A stretch of DNA of 64,000 nucleotides from an uncultured bacterium. GTDB lineage: Bacteria > AUK180. Made by a program: the position numbers and the translations under genes. Within the stretch, counting starts at the first letter, position 1, and each line of letters starts with the position of its first letter. The DNA lies in contig CALMGJ010000009.1 of the NCBI GenBank assembly GCA_937863565.1, positions 1-64,000 on the forward strand. The letters run 5' to 3'. Positions 1 through 9,815 of this stretch are shown one piece after another. The notes under the pieces are model-generated. The model did not search any database. It worked only from the letters and a program-made list of their open reading frames with translations, and had not been told where the DNA came from.

Positions 1-88
1 TCGGTTTAAGTTACCGAGAGGACTCGGTTTAAGTTACCGAGAGGACTCGGTTTAAGTTACCGAGAGGACTCGGTTTAATATGCCGAGA
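1..88. repeat. 23-bp tandem repeat array (TCGGTTTAAGTTACCGAGAGGAC), truncated by window start
   Basis: Exact copies at 1-23, 24-46, 47-69 and a degenerate copy from 70 (TCGGTTTAATATGCCGAG). CTCGGT/ACCGAG inverted arms; no spacers. Confidence 0.95.
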
Positions 89-149
89 AGCTCACATGAC
101 CGAGATCCGCGGATCCATTTTTCTTGAGCCACTAACCTATATTCATTTT

Positions 150-431
150 TCAAAATTTCTCGTCACCTTCTTTGATGTCTACGATCTCCAGTTTAATCCT
201 TTCTTTAAGATCTTTTAAGAATTTTTCTGCATTATTTTTTTGGGAAATCGGGACAATGATGCACAAGAGACCCGTCTTCTCATCAATCGTCCTTGTAAAA
301 GCTATATTGCCTAAACCCTCCAGAATACCGGAAACGAAACCGATATTGGATTTTTTAATCTTGATCGTGTAGAAAACGCTCTCAGGAGCCGGAACCGGGA
401 CCGAACATCGACCCGAGGTTCTTGAACGCAT
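150..431 (-). CDS. Small hypothetical protein, DUF4911-like
   Basis: IGFVSGILEGLGNIAFTRTID resembles DUF4911. Start uncertain: ATG at 431 chosen, overlapping the upstream gene end. Confidence 0.55.
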   Translation of the reverse strand: MRSRTSGRCSVPVPAPESVFYTIKIKKSNIGFVSGILEGLGNIAFTRTIDEKTGLLCIIVPISQKNNAEKFLKDLKERIKLEIVDIKEGDEKF

Positions 432-2583
432 CGGCGATCTTCTTTTTAACGGTATCGGTAACTTCTTTGTCGACCTTGCTTTCAATGATGGTCTTTCCTT
501 CTTTTTCGATAAGTTCGTTTATCTTTTCTGTTGCCATGGTCTGAACGGTCTGTTTCAGATCACCCTGGGATTCAAGGCTTTCCTTGATCTTATCGGCTAC
601 AAGTTTATTCATCTCTCCCTGAGAAAGGTTCTTGGTCAGTTCATCCGCTATCATCTTCTGTACCATTTCGGAGATGATCCCGGTAAAATCGATCTTCTGA
701 AGAGCGATAGCTATCTGTTTCTCAAGGGCTTTTGTAAGCATCTGCCCCAATGCGAATGATAACTGTTTTTCATCGACAAGCGATGTGCCTGAATATTCGA
801 ATTTTTGAACCTCTTCTTTTGGTTCTTCTTCCTTTTTCCCGAGTTTTTCTTTGAACTTCTCATGAGCGTTTAATGCATCTTCGGGCTCGGGTTCAGGCTG
901 AGCCGCTTTTTCTACAACGATATCTTCTTTGACCTTTATTTCATCGTCGTGCTGGACTTCGACGGCAGAGGGTTCCTCTACTACCAGGTCGGTAAGAAGC
1001 TCCTCGGTTGGGATCTCTTCCTCCTTTATAGGCTCGATAACGGGTTCAGGTGCAGGTGTTTCCTGCTCAATTGAAGGAGTCCCTCCTGCTTCCACCGATG
1101 CTGTTGTTTCTTCGGGAATGGTGATTTCCGGAATATCAGGTTGTTCGGACTGGACAGGTTCTTCGGTTGCCGGAATCACTTCTTCCAGGGATTCGGCTTC
1201 TTCATCATCCATCTTTCCGATATTAAGGTCATCAAAACCCTTCGAAAGTTCTTCAAGGTCGGCGCTGAGGTCAAGTTCTTCAGAAGTTCCTTCTTCTGTT
1301 GTAGAAACAGGTTCCTTTTCAGGTTCAACTGAGATGGGTTCCTCAGCGACTGAGAGAGGTTCCTCAGAAACTGAGAGAGGTTCCTCAGCAGGGATCTCGG
1401 GAAGTTCTTCTGCTTTAGCCTCTTCAGCCGGTGCAGGCTCCTCAATCTTGATATCTTCGATATCAGGTATTCCGGGAAGTTCTTCTGCTTTGGCCTCTTC
1501 AGCCGGTGCGGGCTCCTCTATCTTGATATCTTCGATATCAGGCATTCCGGGAAGTTCTTCTGTTTTGGCCTCTTCAGCCGGTGCGGATTCCTCTATCTTT
1601 ATATCTCCTAGGTCCGGTATCTCGGGAAGTTCTTCTGCTTTAGTCTCTTCAGCCGGTGCGGGCTCATCTATCTTTATATCTTCAAGGTCCGGTATTTCGG
1701 GAAGTTCTTCTGCTTTAGCCTCTTCAGCCGGTGCGGGCTCCTCTATCTTGATATCTCCAAGGTCGGGCATCTCGGGAAGTTCTTCTGCTTTAGCCTCTTC
1801 AGCCGGTGCGGGCTCCTCTATCTTTATGTCTTCAAGATCGGGAAGATCGGGAAGGCCGGTCTCATCCGCCGAGAGCGTTTCTATCCCGGAATCATCTCCG
1901 CCGCCGGCATCAAAATTAAGAGTTTCAAGTGTTTTGTCGAGGTCTCCGAGCAGATCTTTATTGATCTCCATGTCTCCGATGCCTTCTGATATCCCGGTTT
2001 CTTCAGCAGTCGTACCGCCGGATAAGATCTCTGTTTTTTCATCCTGAGGCGGGTTTTCCTCAACCATTGGAAGTTCTTCTTTTGCAGCCACTTCGGGTTC
2101 AGCGGCTTTTCCGCCCTCCCCGATACCCATGTCCGCAAAAATATCATCGAGAAGTTTAAGGCTTTCCTCGTCATCAAATTTGATATCATCGCTTTCTTCA
2201 CTTGCGGCCGGAACTGGTTGCTCCTTAGGAAGCAGGTCGCTCACCGCAGTAGTTATCGCGTCTATATTGTATGGTTTGAGGAAGTACTGTTTGATGTTGA
2301 ACTGGCTCACGAACCTGTTCCCAATATCCGCGGAATCAACAAGAAGTATGATATTGATTCCTGCCAGAAGACCGCCGGCCTTTAATTGTGAGCAGAGTTG
2401 GAATCCGTTAAGTTCGGGGAGAAAAAAGTCTATGATCGCCACATGCGGTTTTACTTGTTTGATCGTGTTAAGACCATCTTTACCGTTAAGGGCGATATGT
2501 ATGTCAAAATGCTCTTTTAAGGCATTTTCGAGGTTATTGGCTAATCCGGGATCAGCTTCTACAATGACCAGACCTTTCGCCAT
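382..2583 (-). CDS. Response regulator receiver protein with long acidic Pro/Glu linker and helical C-terminus
   Basis: N-terminal REC (IIDFFLPELNGFQLC, FLKP); acidic repeats; RBS AGGAG upstream. Confidence 0.85.
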   Translation of the reverse strand: MAKGLVIVEADPGLANNLENALKEHFDIHIALNGKDGLNTIKQVKPHVAIIDFFLPELNGFQLCSQLKAGGLLAGINIILLVDSADIGNRFVSQFNIKQYFLKPYNIDAITTAVSDLLPKEQPVPAASEESDDIKFDDEESLKLLDDIFADMGIGEGGKAAEPEVAAKEELPMVEENPPQDEKTEILSGGTTAEETGISEGIGDMEINKDLLGDLDKTLETLNFDAGGGDDSGIETLSADETGLPDLPDLEDIKIEEPAPAEEAKAEELPEMPDLGDIKIEEPAPAEEAKAEELPEIPDLEDIKIDEPAPAEETKAEELPEIPDLGDIKIEESAPAEEAKTEELPGMPDIEDIKIEEPAPAEEAKAEELPGIPDIEDIKIEEPAPAEEAKAEELPEIPAEEPLSVSEEPLSVAEEPISVEPEKEPVSTTEEGTSEELDLSADLEELSKGFDDLNIGKMDDEEAESLEEVIPATEEPVQSEQPDIPEITIPEETTASVEAGGTPSIEQETPAPEPVIEPIKEEEIPTEELLTDLVVEEPSAVEVQHDDEIKVKEDIVVEKAAQPEPEPEDALNAHEKFKEKLGKKEEEPKEEVQKFEYSGTSLVDEKQLSFALGQMLTKALEKQIAIALQKIDFTGIISEMVQKMIADELTKNLSQGEMNKLVADKIKESLESQGDLKQTVQTMATEKINELIEKEGKTIIESKVDKEVTDTVKKKIADAFKNLGSMFGPGSGS
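1390..1843 (-). repeat. Intragenic 75-bp (25-aa) tandem repeat, 6 copies
   Basis: DIKIEEPAPAEEAKAEELPE(M/I)PDL(G/E) x6, followed in the protein by three 7-aa EEP(L/I)SV repeats. Confidence 0.9.
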
Positions 2584-2603
2584 TATATACTCCTACAAAT
2601 TGA

Positions 2604-2632
2604 ATTTTAACATATTTGTTCTAATTTGTCAA
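2604..2632 (-). promoter_or_regulatory. sigma70-type promoter
   Basis: TTGACA-17 nt-TAAAAT on the minus strand, upstream of the receiver gene. Confidence 0.75.
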
Positions 2633-2710
2633 ATTATTGTTAACTAAATAGTTATCCTTATCAAAGTTTTCGTGGATTTTGTTCCGCATGTTCTAATCTT
2701 CGATTTTTTT

Positions 2711-3469
2711 TTATTTTTCCGCTAATATCCCCGTATTTCCTTGTGTATCCTTCTTGTTTGAAAGACATATGAATTTAATATTCCGGAAACCTGCTTTTTT
2801 AAAAAATCCCTCCCATTCCTTTCTAGAAAAAACACCCATTCTGTGAGTATCGCGGAAAACATTTTCAACGGTACACCCCTTTTTCAGAATAAAGAAAAAA
2901 TCAGCAGTGAATTCCGAATCATTACGGTGCGGGTGATGGTCCACTTCAATATATGTTAAACTTCTGTCTTTTCGCCGGTTTGTTCTTTTCTCGATCCTGT
3001 CACGGAAGTCCTCTATGAACAAATCCGGTACGATCAGCAGCACACCGGAGCGCTGCAGATGCAAAAAAGCTGTTTTCAGAGCCCTTATGACATCCGGCGC
3101 AGTAGTAAGGTACATCACCGCATCGGCAATAAGAACGGCATCAAATTTCCGTTTCAAACGAAGAGTCCTCATATCGCCAAGTAAATGTTCACACTCAGGA
3201 TTTATCTTTCGGCTTTCCGAGAGCATCCCCGGTGAAATATCCGAAAGGGTCATGCGGAAATGTTCTTTCAAATAGTGCGCATTATTTCCGCCTCCACTTC
3301 CGAGTTCCAAGACGCTCTTTAAGCCGGGAAAGGCATTTTTCAATACTTTTACATATTGTGCCGCTTCCTCCTTGTAATGCTCTTTTGGGGAAAAAAGCTG
3401 CCAGTATTTCGAATACTTCGAATAAAAGATCCCGTTCACGGTCTGAGTTCTTTTATTTCTCACAATCAC
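2711..3469 (-). CDS. Class I SAM-dependent methyltransferase
   Basis: VLELGSGGG motif I; SDISPGML; GDMR; FDAV. Confidence 0.85.
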   Translation of the reverse strand: MIVRNKRTQTVNGIFYSKYSKYWQLFSPKEHYKEEAAQYVKVLKNAFPGLKSVLELGSGGGNNAHYLKEHFRMTLSDISPGMLSESRKINPECEHLLGDMRTLRLKRKFDAVLIADAVMYLTTAPDVIRALKTAFLHLQRSGVLLIVPDLFIEDFRDRIEKRTNRRKDRSLTYIEVDHHPHRNDSEFTADFFFILKKGCTVENVFRDTHRMGVFSRKEWEGFFKKAGFRNIKFICLSNKKDTQGNTGILAEK

Positions 3470-3776
3470 ATTTTACATTTCCCTTCATGATCTCCTTGTA
3501 ATCTCCCAGAATATCATGCGTCCAGCAGTCATCGCTTCCTGCGCTTTCCCTGAATGTCAACGCCATGATGTATGCGATCTCCTTTACCGTAGCCCCCGCT
3601 GAAAGGGCGCCTTTGAAATGTTTCAGTACGCAGGGTTTGCTTCTGTTCTTTATGGAAAGCGCAAGGCAGATGAACTGATATGTCTTTTCATCAATAGACT
3701 TTTTTTCCGCATACATGGCATCGATCGCATCGAGTTTCTCCGCAAATTCGGGAAAGAATTCCGCTAACAATCTCAT
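3453..3776 (-). CDS. Carboxymuconolactone decarboxylase (AhpD-like) family protein
   Basis: IDEKTYQFICLALSI...CVLKHFKGALSAGATVKEI; RBS AAGGAGG before ATG 3776. Confidence 0.8.
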   Translation of the reverse strand: MRLLAEFFPEFAEKLDAIDAMYAEKKSIDEKTYQFICLALSIKNRSKPCVLKHFKGALSAGATVKEIAYIMALTFRESAGSDDCWTHDILGDYKEIMKGNVKCDCEK

Positions 3777-3786
3777 ATGTTCCTCC

Positions 3787-4482
3787 TTAAATAAAATTAT
3801 GATATCCGGCGTAGAGAGCTGCAATAATGAGCAATGCTCCGCAGGCTTTTCTGACCGTAGATATGGTCTTCGTCTTCTTATCCCACCCGAGATACCTGTT
3901 GACGAACCCGGTGAAAGCCCCTGCTACGACAATAACGCCCCCATGGCCTATAGCAAAAAGCAGAAGCACGAGCAAGGATCTTGCCGGCGCCGAACGGAAT
4001 CCGGAAAATACATATACAAGGACCGGTGCCATAAAGGCGAATGTGCAGGGTCCCAGAGCAAGGCCGAAAAGCACTCCTATGAAAAAGGCCCCCGCGAGCC
4101 CTTTTTTGTTTTTCAGGTCACCGTGCCCGAAAAGTCCAGGGATACTCACAACATCAAGAAGCAAGAGTCCCGTGAATAATAGAAAAAGAGGCATGAAAAT
4201 TTTTCCGAAGATCCCAAGGTCACCCAGTAATCTTCCTGCAAGACCCGTGAGCACTCCGGTCACAAGGATAGAAACGAGGACCCCCGAAGCAAGGACCGCC
4301 GATACAAAAAGAGGGTTCTTCTTTCCGCTGCCCGATTCTATATATCCCACCACAAGCGGTATGGAAGACAGGTGGCATGGGCTCAGAACGATACTCATCA
4401 CACCCCATAGGAATGCCCCTAAAAATGCCGTCGCTGCGGATATATTTAGGAGTCCCGAAATAAAAACGAATATATCGTTCAT
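3787..4482 (-). CDS. ccdA: Cytochrome c biogenesis CcdA / DsbD-like membrane protein
   Basis: LSPCHL and LGPCTF paired Cys motifs; multiple TM segments. Confidence 0.8.
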   Translation of the reverse strand: MNDIFVFISGLLNISAATAFLGAFLWGVMSIVLSPCHLSSIPLVVGYIESGSGKKNPLFVSAVLASGVLVSILVTGVLTGLAGRLLGDLGIFGKIFMPLFLLFTGLLLLDVVSIPGLFGHGDLKNKKGLAGAFFIGVLFGLALGPCTFAFMAPVLVYVFSGFRSAPARSLLVLLLFAIGHGGVIVVAGAFTGFVNRYLGWDKKTKTISTVRKACGALLIIAALYAGYHNFI

Positions 4483-4919
4483 TTTATTTTTTTCAATTTT
4501 TCAATAATAACATTTTCCAGCTGTTCTTTGGGATAAAATCCTTCATGCCTGTGGAATTCATTTCCTTCATCATCTAAAAACACCTGTGTAGGGATCACTC
4601 TGATGCCGTATTTCTGCGCATAAGGTTTCCCTTCTTCGGTCCGCACATCATAGAAAATAATTTTAACAGTTGAAGGATACTTCTCTTCTATCTCCTTCAT
4701 AACAGGCTGCATCATCTTACAAGGAATGCAGTTGACAGAACCGAGTTCAATAAAAGTGATCTTGAACGGGCTTTCCCGAACCGCTCTTTCTTTCTTTTCC
4801 GTTCCGGAGAGGTGCAGTTCATTTCCCGTTCTTTTTCCCAGATCACGCTCTTTGCCGCATCCGAGAACGGATACGAGAAGGATCGCGCACAGTAATATCG
4901 GAAATCCGCTTTTTCTCAT
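4479..4919 (-). CDS. Thioredoxin-family lipoprotein
   Basis: ELGSVNCIPCKMM (CxxC), IPTQVF cis-Pro motif, lipobox-like VLGC. Confidence 0.85.
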   Translation of the reverse strand: MRKSGFPILLCAILLVSVLGCGKERDLGKRTGNELHLSGTEKKERAVRESPFKITFIELGSVNCIPCKMMQPVMKEIEEKYPSTVKIIFYDVRTEEGKPYAQKYGIRVIPTQVFLDDEGNEFHRHEGFYPKEQLENVIIEKLKKIK

Positions 4920-5002
4920 AAAAATCGTTCTGCGGTGTTTCCGCCTTTCTTCACAGTCCGGAACGCTTTTATAAAGAAGGCAGGATGATGTTCTGATACC
5001 TA

Positions 5003-5233
5003 TCATTTTAGAATTTTTTTTATTTCTTCCTTATTAGGCAGTCTGCCTGCGAAAATGACCTTGCCGTCAATGACCAGGGCAGGCGTCAGCATCACGCCGT
5101 AGTTCACGATCTCGTTTATATCGGTGACCTTTTCTACTTCGGCAATGATCCCTAATTCGGTCACGGCCTCTTTTACAAGCTGCTCGAGTTTCTTGCATTT
5201 CGGGCATCCGGTACCCAGCACTTTTATCTCCAT
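5003..5233 (-). CDS. Small redox-active disulfide protein (MTH895/thioredoxin-like)
   Basis: IKVLGTGCPKC...YGVMLTPALVIDG. Confidence 0.9.
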   Translation of the reverse strand: MEIKVLGTGCPKCKKLEQLVKEAVTELGIIAEVEKVTDINEIVNYGVMLTPALVIDGKVIFAGRLPNKEEIKKILK

Positions 5234-5298
5234 ATGAACTCCTTCTTTGATCTTTCGTTAATACAATATCTCCTCATTTTATGATGATCCTTGCATAT

Positions 5299-6447
5299 TT
5301 ACAGTGCTCCGAATATCAGCCCGGAGAGCGAGGCGATGATGATGACCAGGGCAATATACGTAAAGGCCTTTTTCTTTCCGATCACTCCGATAAGGACAAG
5401 CATGCTGGGAAGACTCAGGGCCGGGCCCGCAAGGAGAAGAGCCATCGAAGGCCCCTGACCCATTCCCGAACCTATGAGGCTTTGAAGAATGGGGATCTCT
5501 GTTAAAGTGGCAAAATACATGAGTGCTGCAAGCACCGATGCCAGAATATTCGCAAAAAACCCCTCTCCGCCTACCAGAGAAACGATGATATCCGACGGTA
5601 TAAGCCCCTCTTTGCCGGGGCGGCCCAGAAGGAAGCCCGAAGCAAATACGCCTAAAAGGAGCAGCGGATATATCTTTTTAACGAAGTTCATCGTTTCTCC
5701 GAGCCACATATTACGTGAGTCCTTATCATAGAAAGTGAAAAGGAAGATAAAAGAAAGGATCAAAAAAAGGCCTGAAAGTACCCATTTCATATTAAAAAGC
5801 AGCTCGAAGATCCCGCTGTTCTCCGGACGGGGGAAATTGGCGAAAATGAGGAAACCCGTCATTGCCGAAAGAAATAATATATCGTGATGAAGGGGCCTGC
5901 TTTCTACATTTTCATCCGCAAGCTCTCCCTGGGCGGGTTCTTCCCGGGAGAAGATAATGCCCATAATGATCCCGATAACGAGAGCGAAAAGGACCGACAG
6001 GATTATCCTCCATATTCCCAGCTTGAACCCGAGCACCCTTGCCGTGAGTATTACGGCCATTATATTTATCGCAGGTCCGGAGTAGAGAAAGGCGAACGCC
6101 GGGCCGGGACCCGCACCCTTTTTCGATATACCGGCAAAAATAGGGAGCACGGTGCAGGAGCATACGGATAGAACTGCACCTGAGACCGATGCTATGAGGT
6201 AAGATAGAATTTTATTGGATTTCCTTCCAAGATATTTCAGAATAAAATCCTTCCTGAGAAGGACTGAAATGGCGCCGGCGATGAAAAAGGCTGGAATAAG
6301 ACACAATAGGACATGATGCCTTGCATAGTCACGGGACATTAAAAGTGCCTCGCCGAGAGGCGTGTTCTCTTCGAGAATTCCCGCTGGAAAAAAATACAGC
6401 CCGAGAAAGAGCGCGATGAATATGATTAATAATCGCCATGTTTTCAT
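5299..6447 (-). CDS. Permease, DUF318/ArsP family
   Basis: VCSCTVLP, FLYSGPAIN, MYFATLTEIP, GPALSLPS motifs. Confidence 0.85.
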   Translation of the reverse strand: MKTWRLLIIFIALFLGLYFFPAGILEENTPLGEALLMSRDYARHHVLLCLIPAFFIAGAISVLLRKDFILKYLGRKSNKILSYLIASVSGAVLSVCSCTVLPIFAGISKKGAGPGPAFAFLYSGPAINIMAVILTARVLGFKLGIWRIILSVLFALVIGIIMGIIFSREEPAQGELADENVESRPLHHDILFLSAMTGFLIFANFPRPENSGIFELLFNMKWVLSGLFLILSFIFLFTFYDKDSRNMWLGETMNFVKKIYPLLLLGVFASGFLLGRPGKEGLIPSDIIVSLVGGEGFFANILASVLAALMYFATLTEIPILQSLIGSGMGQGPSMALLLAGPALSLPSMLVLIGVIGKKKAFTYIALVIIIASLSGLIFGAL

Positions 6448-6827
6448 TTTACACCCTCTTTTTTTACCGGGCCGCCGTTTTTACAGGCGCTCCTGATATT
6501 ATCACGGATACATCTATTCACTTTATTCTTTATTTCGGGGTCCGCGGGAAGGAGTTTCCGCAGATATTTCACTTCATCCGAGGCTGAAAGCGCATAATGC
6601 ATCCACTTCCCATCCCGGCGGGAAATGATGACCCCCGCATTCTTAAGGTGCTTCAATGCATGCGAAACGGCAGATTGTTCCACGCCCAGTATATGCCTTA
6701 TCTCGCATACGCATCTTTCTCCTTCACAGAGTATCATAATTATTCTCAGCCGCATTTGATCTGACAATGCCTTGAACATTCTTAAGGTCCTTGCGAACCC
6801 CTCATTTTTTTTCGCGCCGGTTTTCAT
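6444..6827 (-). CDS. ArsR/SmtB family transcriptional regulator
   Basis: FKALSD..RLRII, ERCVCEI, QSAVSHAL, RDGKWMHY. Confidence 0.9.
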   Translation of the reverse strand: MKTGAKKNEGFARTLRMFKALSDQMRLRIIMILCEGERCVCEIRHILGVEQSAVSHALKHLKNAGVIISRRDGKWMHYALSASDEVKYLRKLLPADPEIKNKVNRCIRDNIRSACKNGGPVKKEGVK

Positions 6828-6900
6828 ATGAAGATTTTATCATATGTTCGCATAATTTTCAAGCATTTTATTTTTTACGCTTTTATGATAGAATGCATTC

Positions 6901-8205
6901 ATGGAAAGGATACGGAAGAAAAGCAGCATTATACCCGGGAACACTCCGGCGGAATTATATCGTTTTGCGCTTCGGGGAAGAGCCCATGTTTATCAGTATA
7001 TTGGGCAATACCGGGAAAGTGTAGACGACCTGAAAAGCGCGATCGAGCTTATTTCCCGGCAACCGGGACATGATGCCAATGAATGCGCCAGAATGGAAAT
7101 AGAGATCGCCGGCATCTATCAGAATTCCATGGCGGATTTTCCGAATGCCCTTCTATTTTTAAAAAGAGGTTTGAGACGGTTAAAGGACCGGAAGCCTCAC
7201 GATATCTATCTCAATGCCCTTTCGGCAAAAGGTTATATCTTCATGTATGCCCGGGAACTTGATAAGGCCCTCAAGTGTTTCGAGGAATACAGAACCCTTG
7301 CAATAGAACTTAAGAACAGAAGATTCCTGGCGAACGCATTAGGGCTTTTAAGCCAGTTGTATTTTGAGCGGGCGAATTATAAGGCTGCGATCTGTTATGC
7401 AAAACGTAATATCCGGATGCTTGAAACATTTAAGGATAAGCATGGCATCGCTTGTGCCGTCATCAATTTCGGGCACATCCTTTACAGGCTCGAACGATTC
7501 GAGGAAGCGCTTGCGAACTATCAGAACGGGCTTAAGATCTTTCAGCAACTGGGACATACACAGGGTATTGCCATCGGATACGGCAATCTTGCCAATACAT
7601 ATAAGGTCATGAACAGAGCCTCTGAAGCACTGAAATTTTTCCGTTTATACCACGATATCTCGGAGAGCACAGGCGATCGGAGAAATGCCGCTATCGGGTA
7701 TTGGGGTATTGGAAGCGTATACATAGAATTGAAAAATTTTGCTAAGGCCGAGCAGTACTGCAAGATGTTCCTCGAATACAGCACAAAGATCGGATACGCC
7801 GAGGGAGAGATCATCGCATTGAGCGATCTTGCTTTTTTTAATGTTAAAAAGAAGGATTTCCGTCAGGCTGCCGGGTTTAGTGCGCGTTTTCTTGAGAAAG
7901 TGAAAAGAGCCGGGGACAAACCGCATCTTCTGACAGCTTACGGCCTGCATGCAGAATGCTTGTTCAAAAGCGGCAAGAAAAGGAAGTCGCTCGATATCCT
8001 CGACGCAGGGATAAATGATTTCCTCGTATCGGGGTTCAAGGAAGGCGAAGCGGACTTGATCCTGAAAAAAGCCGAATACCTCGGAAAAGGTCTTCTTCGG
8101 AAGAATGTCCGGTTTATAAAACGGGGGCTGGCGCTGGCGGAAGAAGTAAAGGCGGAAGGCCTGATAAGGAAAGCAAAGTCCCTTCTTGAAGGGATAACCG
8201 AATAG
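6901..8205 (+). CDS. Tetratricopeptide repeat protein
   Basis: Repeated ~40-aa TPR units (IAIGYGNLANTY, EEALANYQNGLKIF). Confidence 0.85.
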   Translation: MERIRKKSSIIPGNTPAELYRFALRGRAHVYQYIGQYRESVDDLKSAIELISRQPGHDANECARMEIEIAGIYQNSMADFPNALLFLKRGLRRLKDRKPHDIYLNALSAKGYIFMYARELDKALKCFEEYRTLAIELKNRRFLANALGLLSQLYFERANYKAAICYAKRNIRMLETFKDKHGIACAVINFGHILYRLERFEEALANYQNGLKIFQQLGHTQGIAIGYGNLANTYKVMNRASEALKFFRLYHDISESTGDRRNAAIGYWGIGSVYIELKNFAKAEQYCKMFLEYSTKIGYAEGEIIALSDLAFFNVKKKDFRQAAGFSARFLEKVKRAGDKPHLLTAYGLHAECLFKSGKKRKSLDILDAGINDFLVSGFKEGEADLILKKAEYLGKGLLRKNVRFIKRGLALAEEVKAEGLIRKAKSLLEGITE

Positions 8206-8220
8206 CACAAACCCGAATAT

Positions 8221-9144
8221 TTATCTCCCGATGAGTTTTTCTGTTTCCGCTATCAAACCCATCGTATATTCATAGGCGAACAATCTTCCGTATTTGTCAT
8301 ACAGTACTTTTGCTTCCCTGAAGTAACGGAGGGCTGTTTTATATTCCTTTCTTTCATTGTACACGAGACCCATGTTCACAAGGCAGTTGATCGTTTCCTG
8401 CGGAAGCCCCATCTCTTTGGAAAGCAGATATGCTTCCTTGAAATACGGCAGGGCCGTATCCCTTCGGCCGGTTTCAAGATATATCACGCCCAGATTACAG
8501 ATGCTTATCGCCCGCAGTTCCTTGAAACAGTACCGTTCGGAGATCTGTACGGCGTTTTTCTGCATCTCCTCCGCTTCCGGGATCTTCCCCTGATCAAGAA
8601 ATGCCATTGCGATATTCCCGTAATCGTTGAGCTCGCCGATCCTGTCTTTCAAGTTCTGATGGATATTCAAGGACCTGAAATGGAATGACAGGGCCTTCTC
8701 ATAATCGTGGCGGGCTGCATAAATGGCCCCAAGATTACCGGAATGATTGGCTGTTAATTTTTTATTATCGGCTTTTTCGGCAAGTGAAAGGGCTTCCGAG
8801 AAATACCCGAAGGCCTTTTCGTATTCCGCTGCATCGCTGTATATCAGGCCAAGGTTCCCGAGTTGAGCGCTTATACCGAACACATCCCCGTTCTCTCTGG
8901 CCAAACGCAGGGCTTTACAAAGATCACGGAGTGCGGCAGCGGTTTTCCCCATCGCCTTGAGAGCCAGCCCCCTCCTTCCGTATGCGGCGGTCACGGAAGT
9001 CATCAAGTCCTTATACCTGAAGCGCCGGTCTTTTATTACGGCATTCGTAAGACTTATCCCTTTATTGAACTCACCGAGAAAATAATAGAGTTCGGATAAT
9101 TGTGAAAGTGAACGAAGATAAAGTTTCAGATATTTTCCGGCCAC
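8221..9144 (-). CDS. Tetratricopeptide repeat protein
   Basis: GNLGLIY, GNLGAIY, CNLGVIY, NMGLVY repeats. Confidence 0.85.
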   Translation of the reverse strand: MAGKYLKLYLRSLSQLSELYYFLGEFNKGISLTNAVIKDRRFRYKDLMTSVTAAYGRRGLALKAMGKTAAALRDLCKALRLARENGDVFGISAQLGNLGLIYSDAAEYEKAFGYFSEALSLAEKADNKKLTANHSGNLGAIYAARHDYEKALSFHFRSLNIHQNLKDRIGELNDYGNIAMAFLDQGKIPEAEEMQKNAVQISERYCFKELRAISICNLGVIYLETGRRDTALPYFKEAYLLSKEMGLPQETINCLVNMGLVYNERKEYKTALRYFREAKVLYDKYGRLFAYEYTMGLIAETEKLIGR

Positions 9145-9260
9145 GGTTTATTATACAATTTTTCTTAACTGCACGCATACTTTTTTCTAACTCGGGGATC
9201 ATTTATATGAAAATCCTGAACCGGATTTTGTTTTTTTTTGAAAATATAATAAAATTACAC

Positions 9261-9815
9261 ATGATGCAGGTCAAAGGAGCGGCACTTTCTTCCATAATGC
9301 GTTTCGTTAAAAACAAGTTCCCTGATAAATTTCAAATGTGGCTCGATTCTCTTTCAGAGAAAACACAGTCCGCTCTCAGGGACACGAAAGTAGCGGGTTG
9401 GTATGATATGAATGCTCTGAAAGAAGCCACGAAGAAGGTCTGCGCATTTTTTTACGGTGGCGATGTCCGCGGCGCGAGGGAAATGGGACGGGTAAGCGCC
9501 GAGTACAGCCTTAAGGGTATTTTTGTTATCTTCGTGAAGATCGGATCCCCGAATTTCGTCATCGGGCGGGCGGGAAGGATCATACAGGCCTATTATATGC
9601 CTTCCGAGATCGAAATAATAGAAAATACCCCTGTATCCGCTATCGTAAGGATAACAAAATTTGATGACATCGATCCGTACATTGAAGCGCGGATCTCCGG
9701 ATGGATAGAAATGGCGCTCTCCATTCACGGCGTCAAGAACGAAAAGGTCGAGATAACAAGATCACTGGCGAACGGCGATCCTTATACCGAACTCGTTTTT
9801 CATTGGGACAACTGA
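9261..9815 (+). CDS. Hypothetical protein, DUF2378/TIGR02265-like (possible H-NOX/V4R-like ligand-binding fold)
   Basis: VKG start, GWY, GR.SAE, GWIE.AL and terminal W pattern; the upstream ORF extension is probably not coding. Confidence 0.55.
   Translation: MMQVKGAALSSIMRFVKNKFPDKFQMWLDSLSEKTQSALRDTKVAGWYDMNALKEATKKVCAFFYGGDVRGAREMGRVSAEYSLKGIFVIFVKIGSPNFVIGRAGRIIQAYYMPSEIEIIENTPVSAIVRITKFDDIDPYIEARISGWIEMALSIHGVKNEKVEITRSLANGDPYTELVFHWDN

Noticed and set aside
1..88. CRISPR array
   Set aside because: Repeats are head-to-tail with no unique spacers, and there are no cas genes in the window.
929..2047. 372-aa Ser-rich plus-strand ORF
   Set aside because: Antisense shadow of the Glu/Pro repeat region of the receiver gene.
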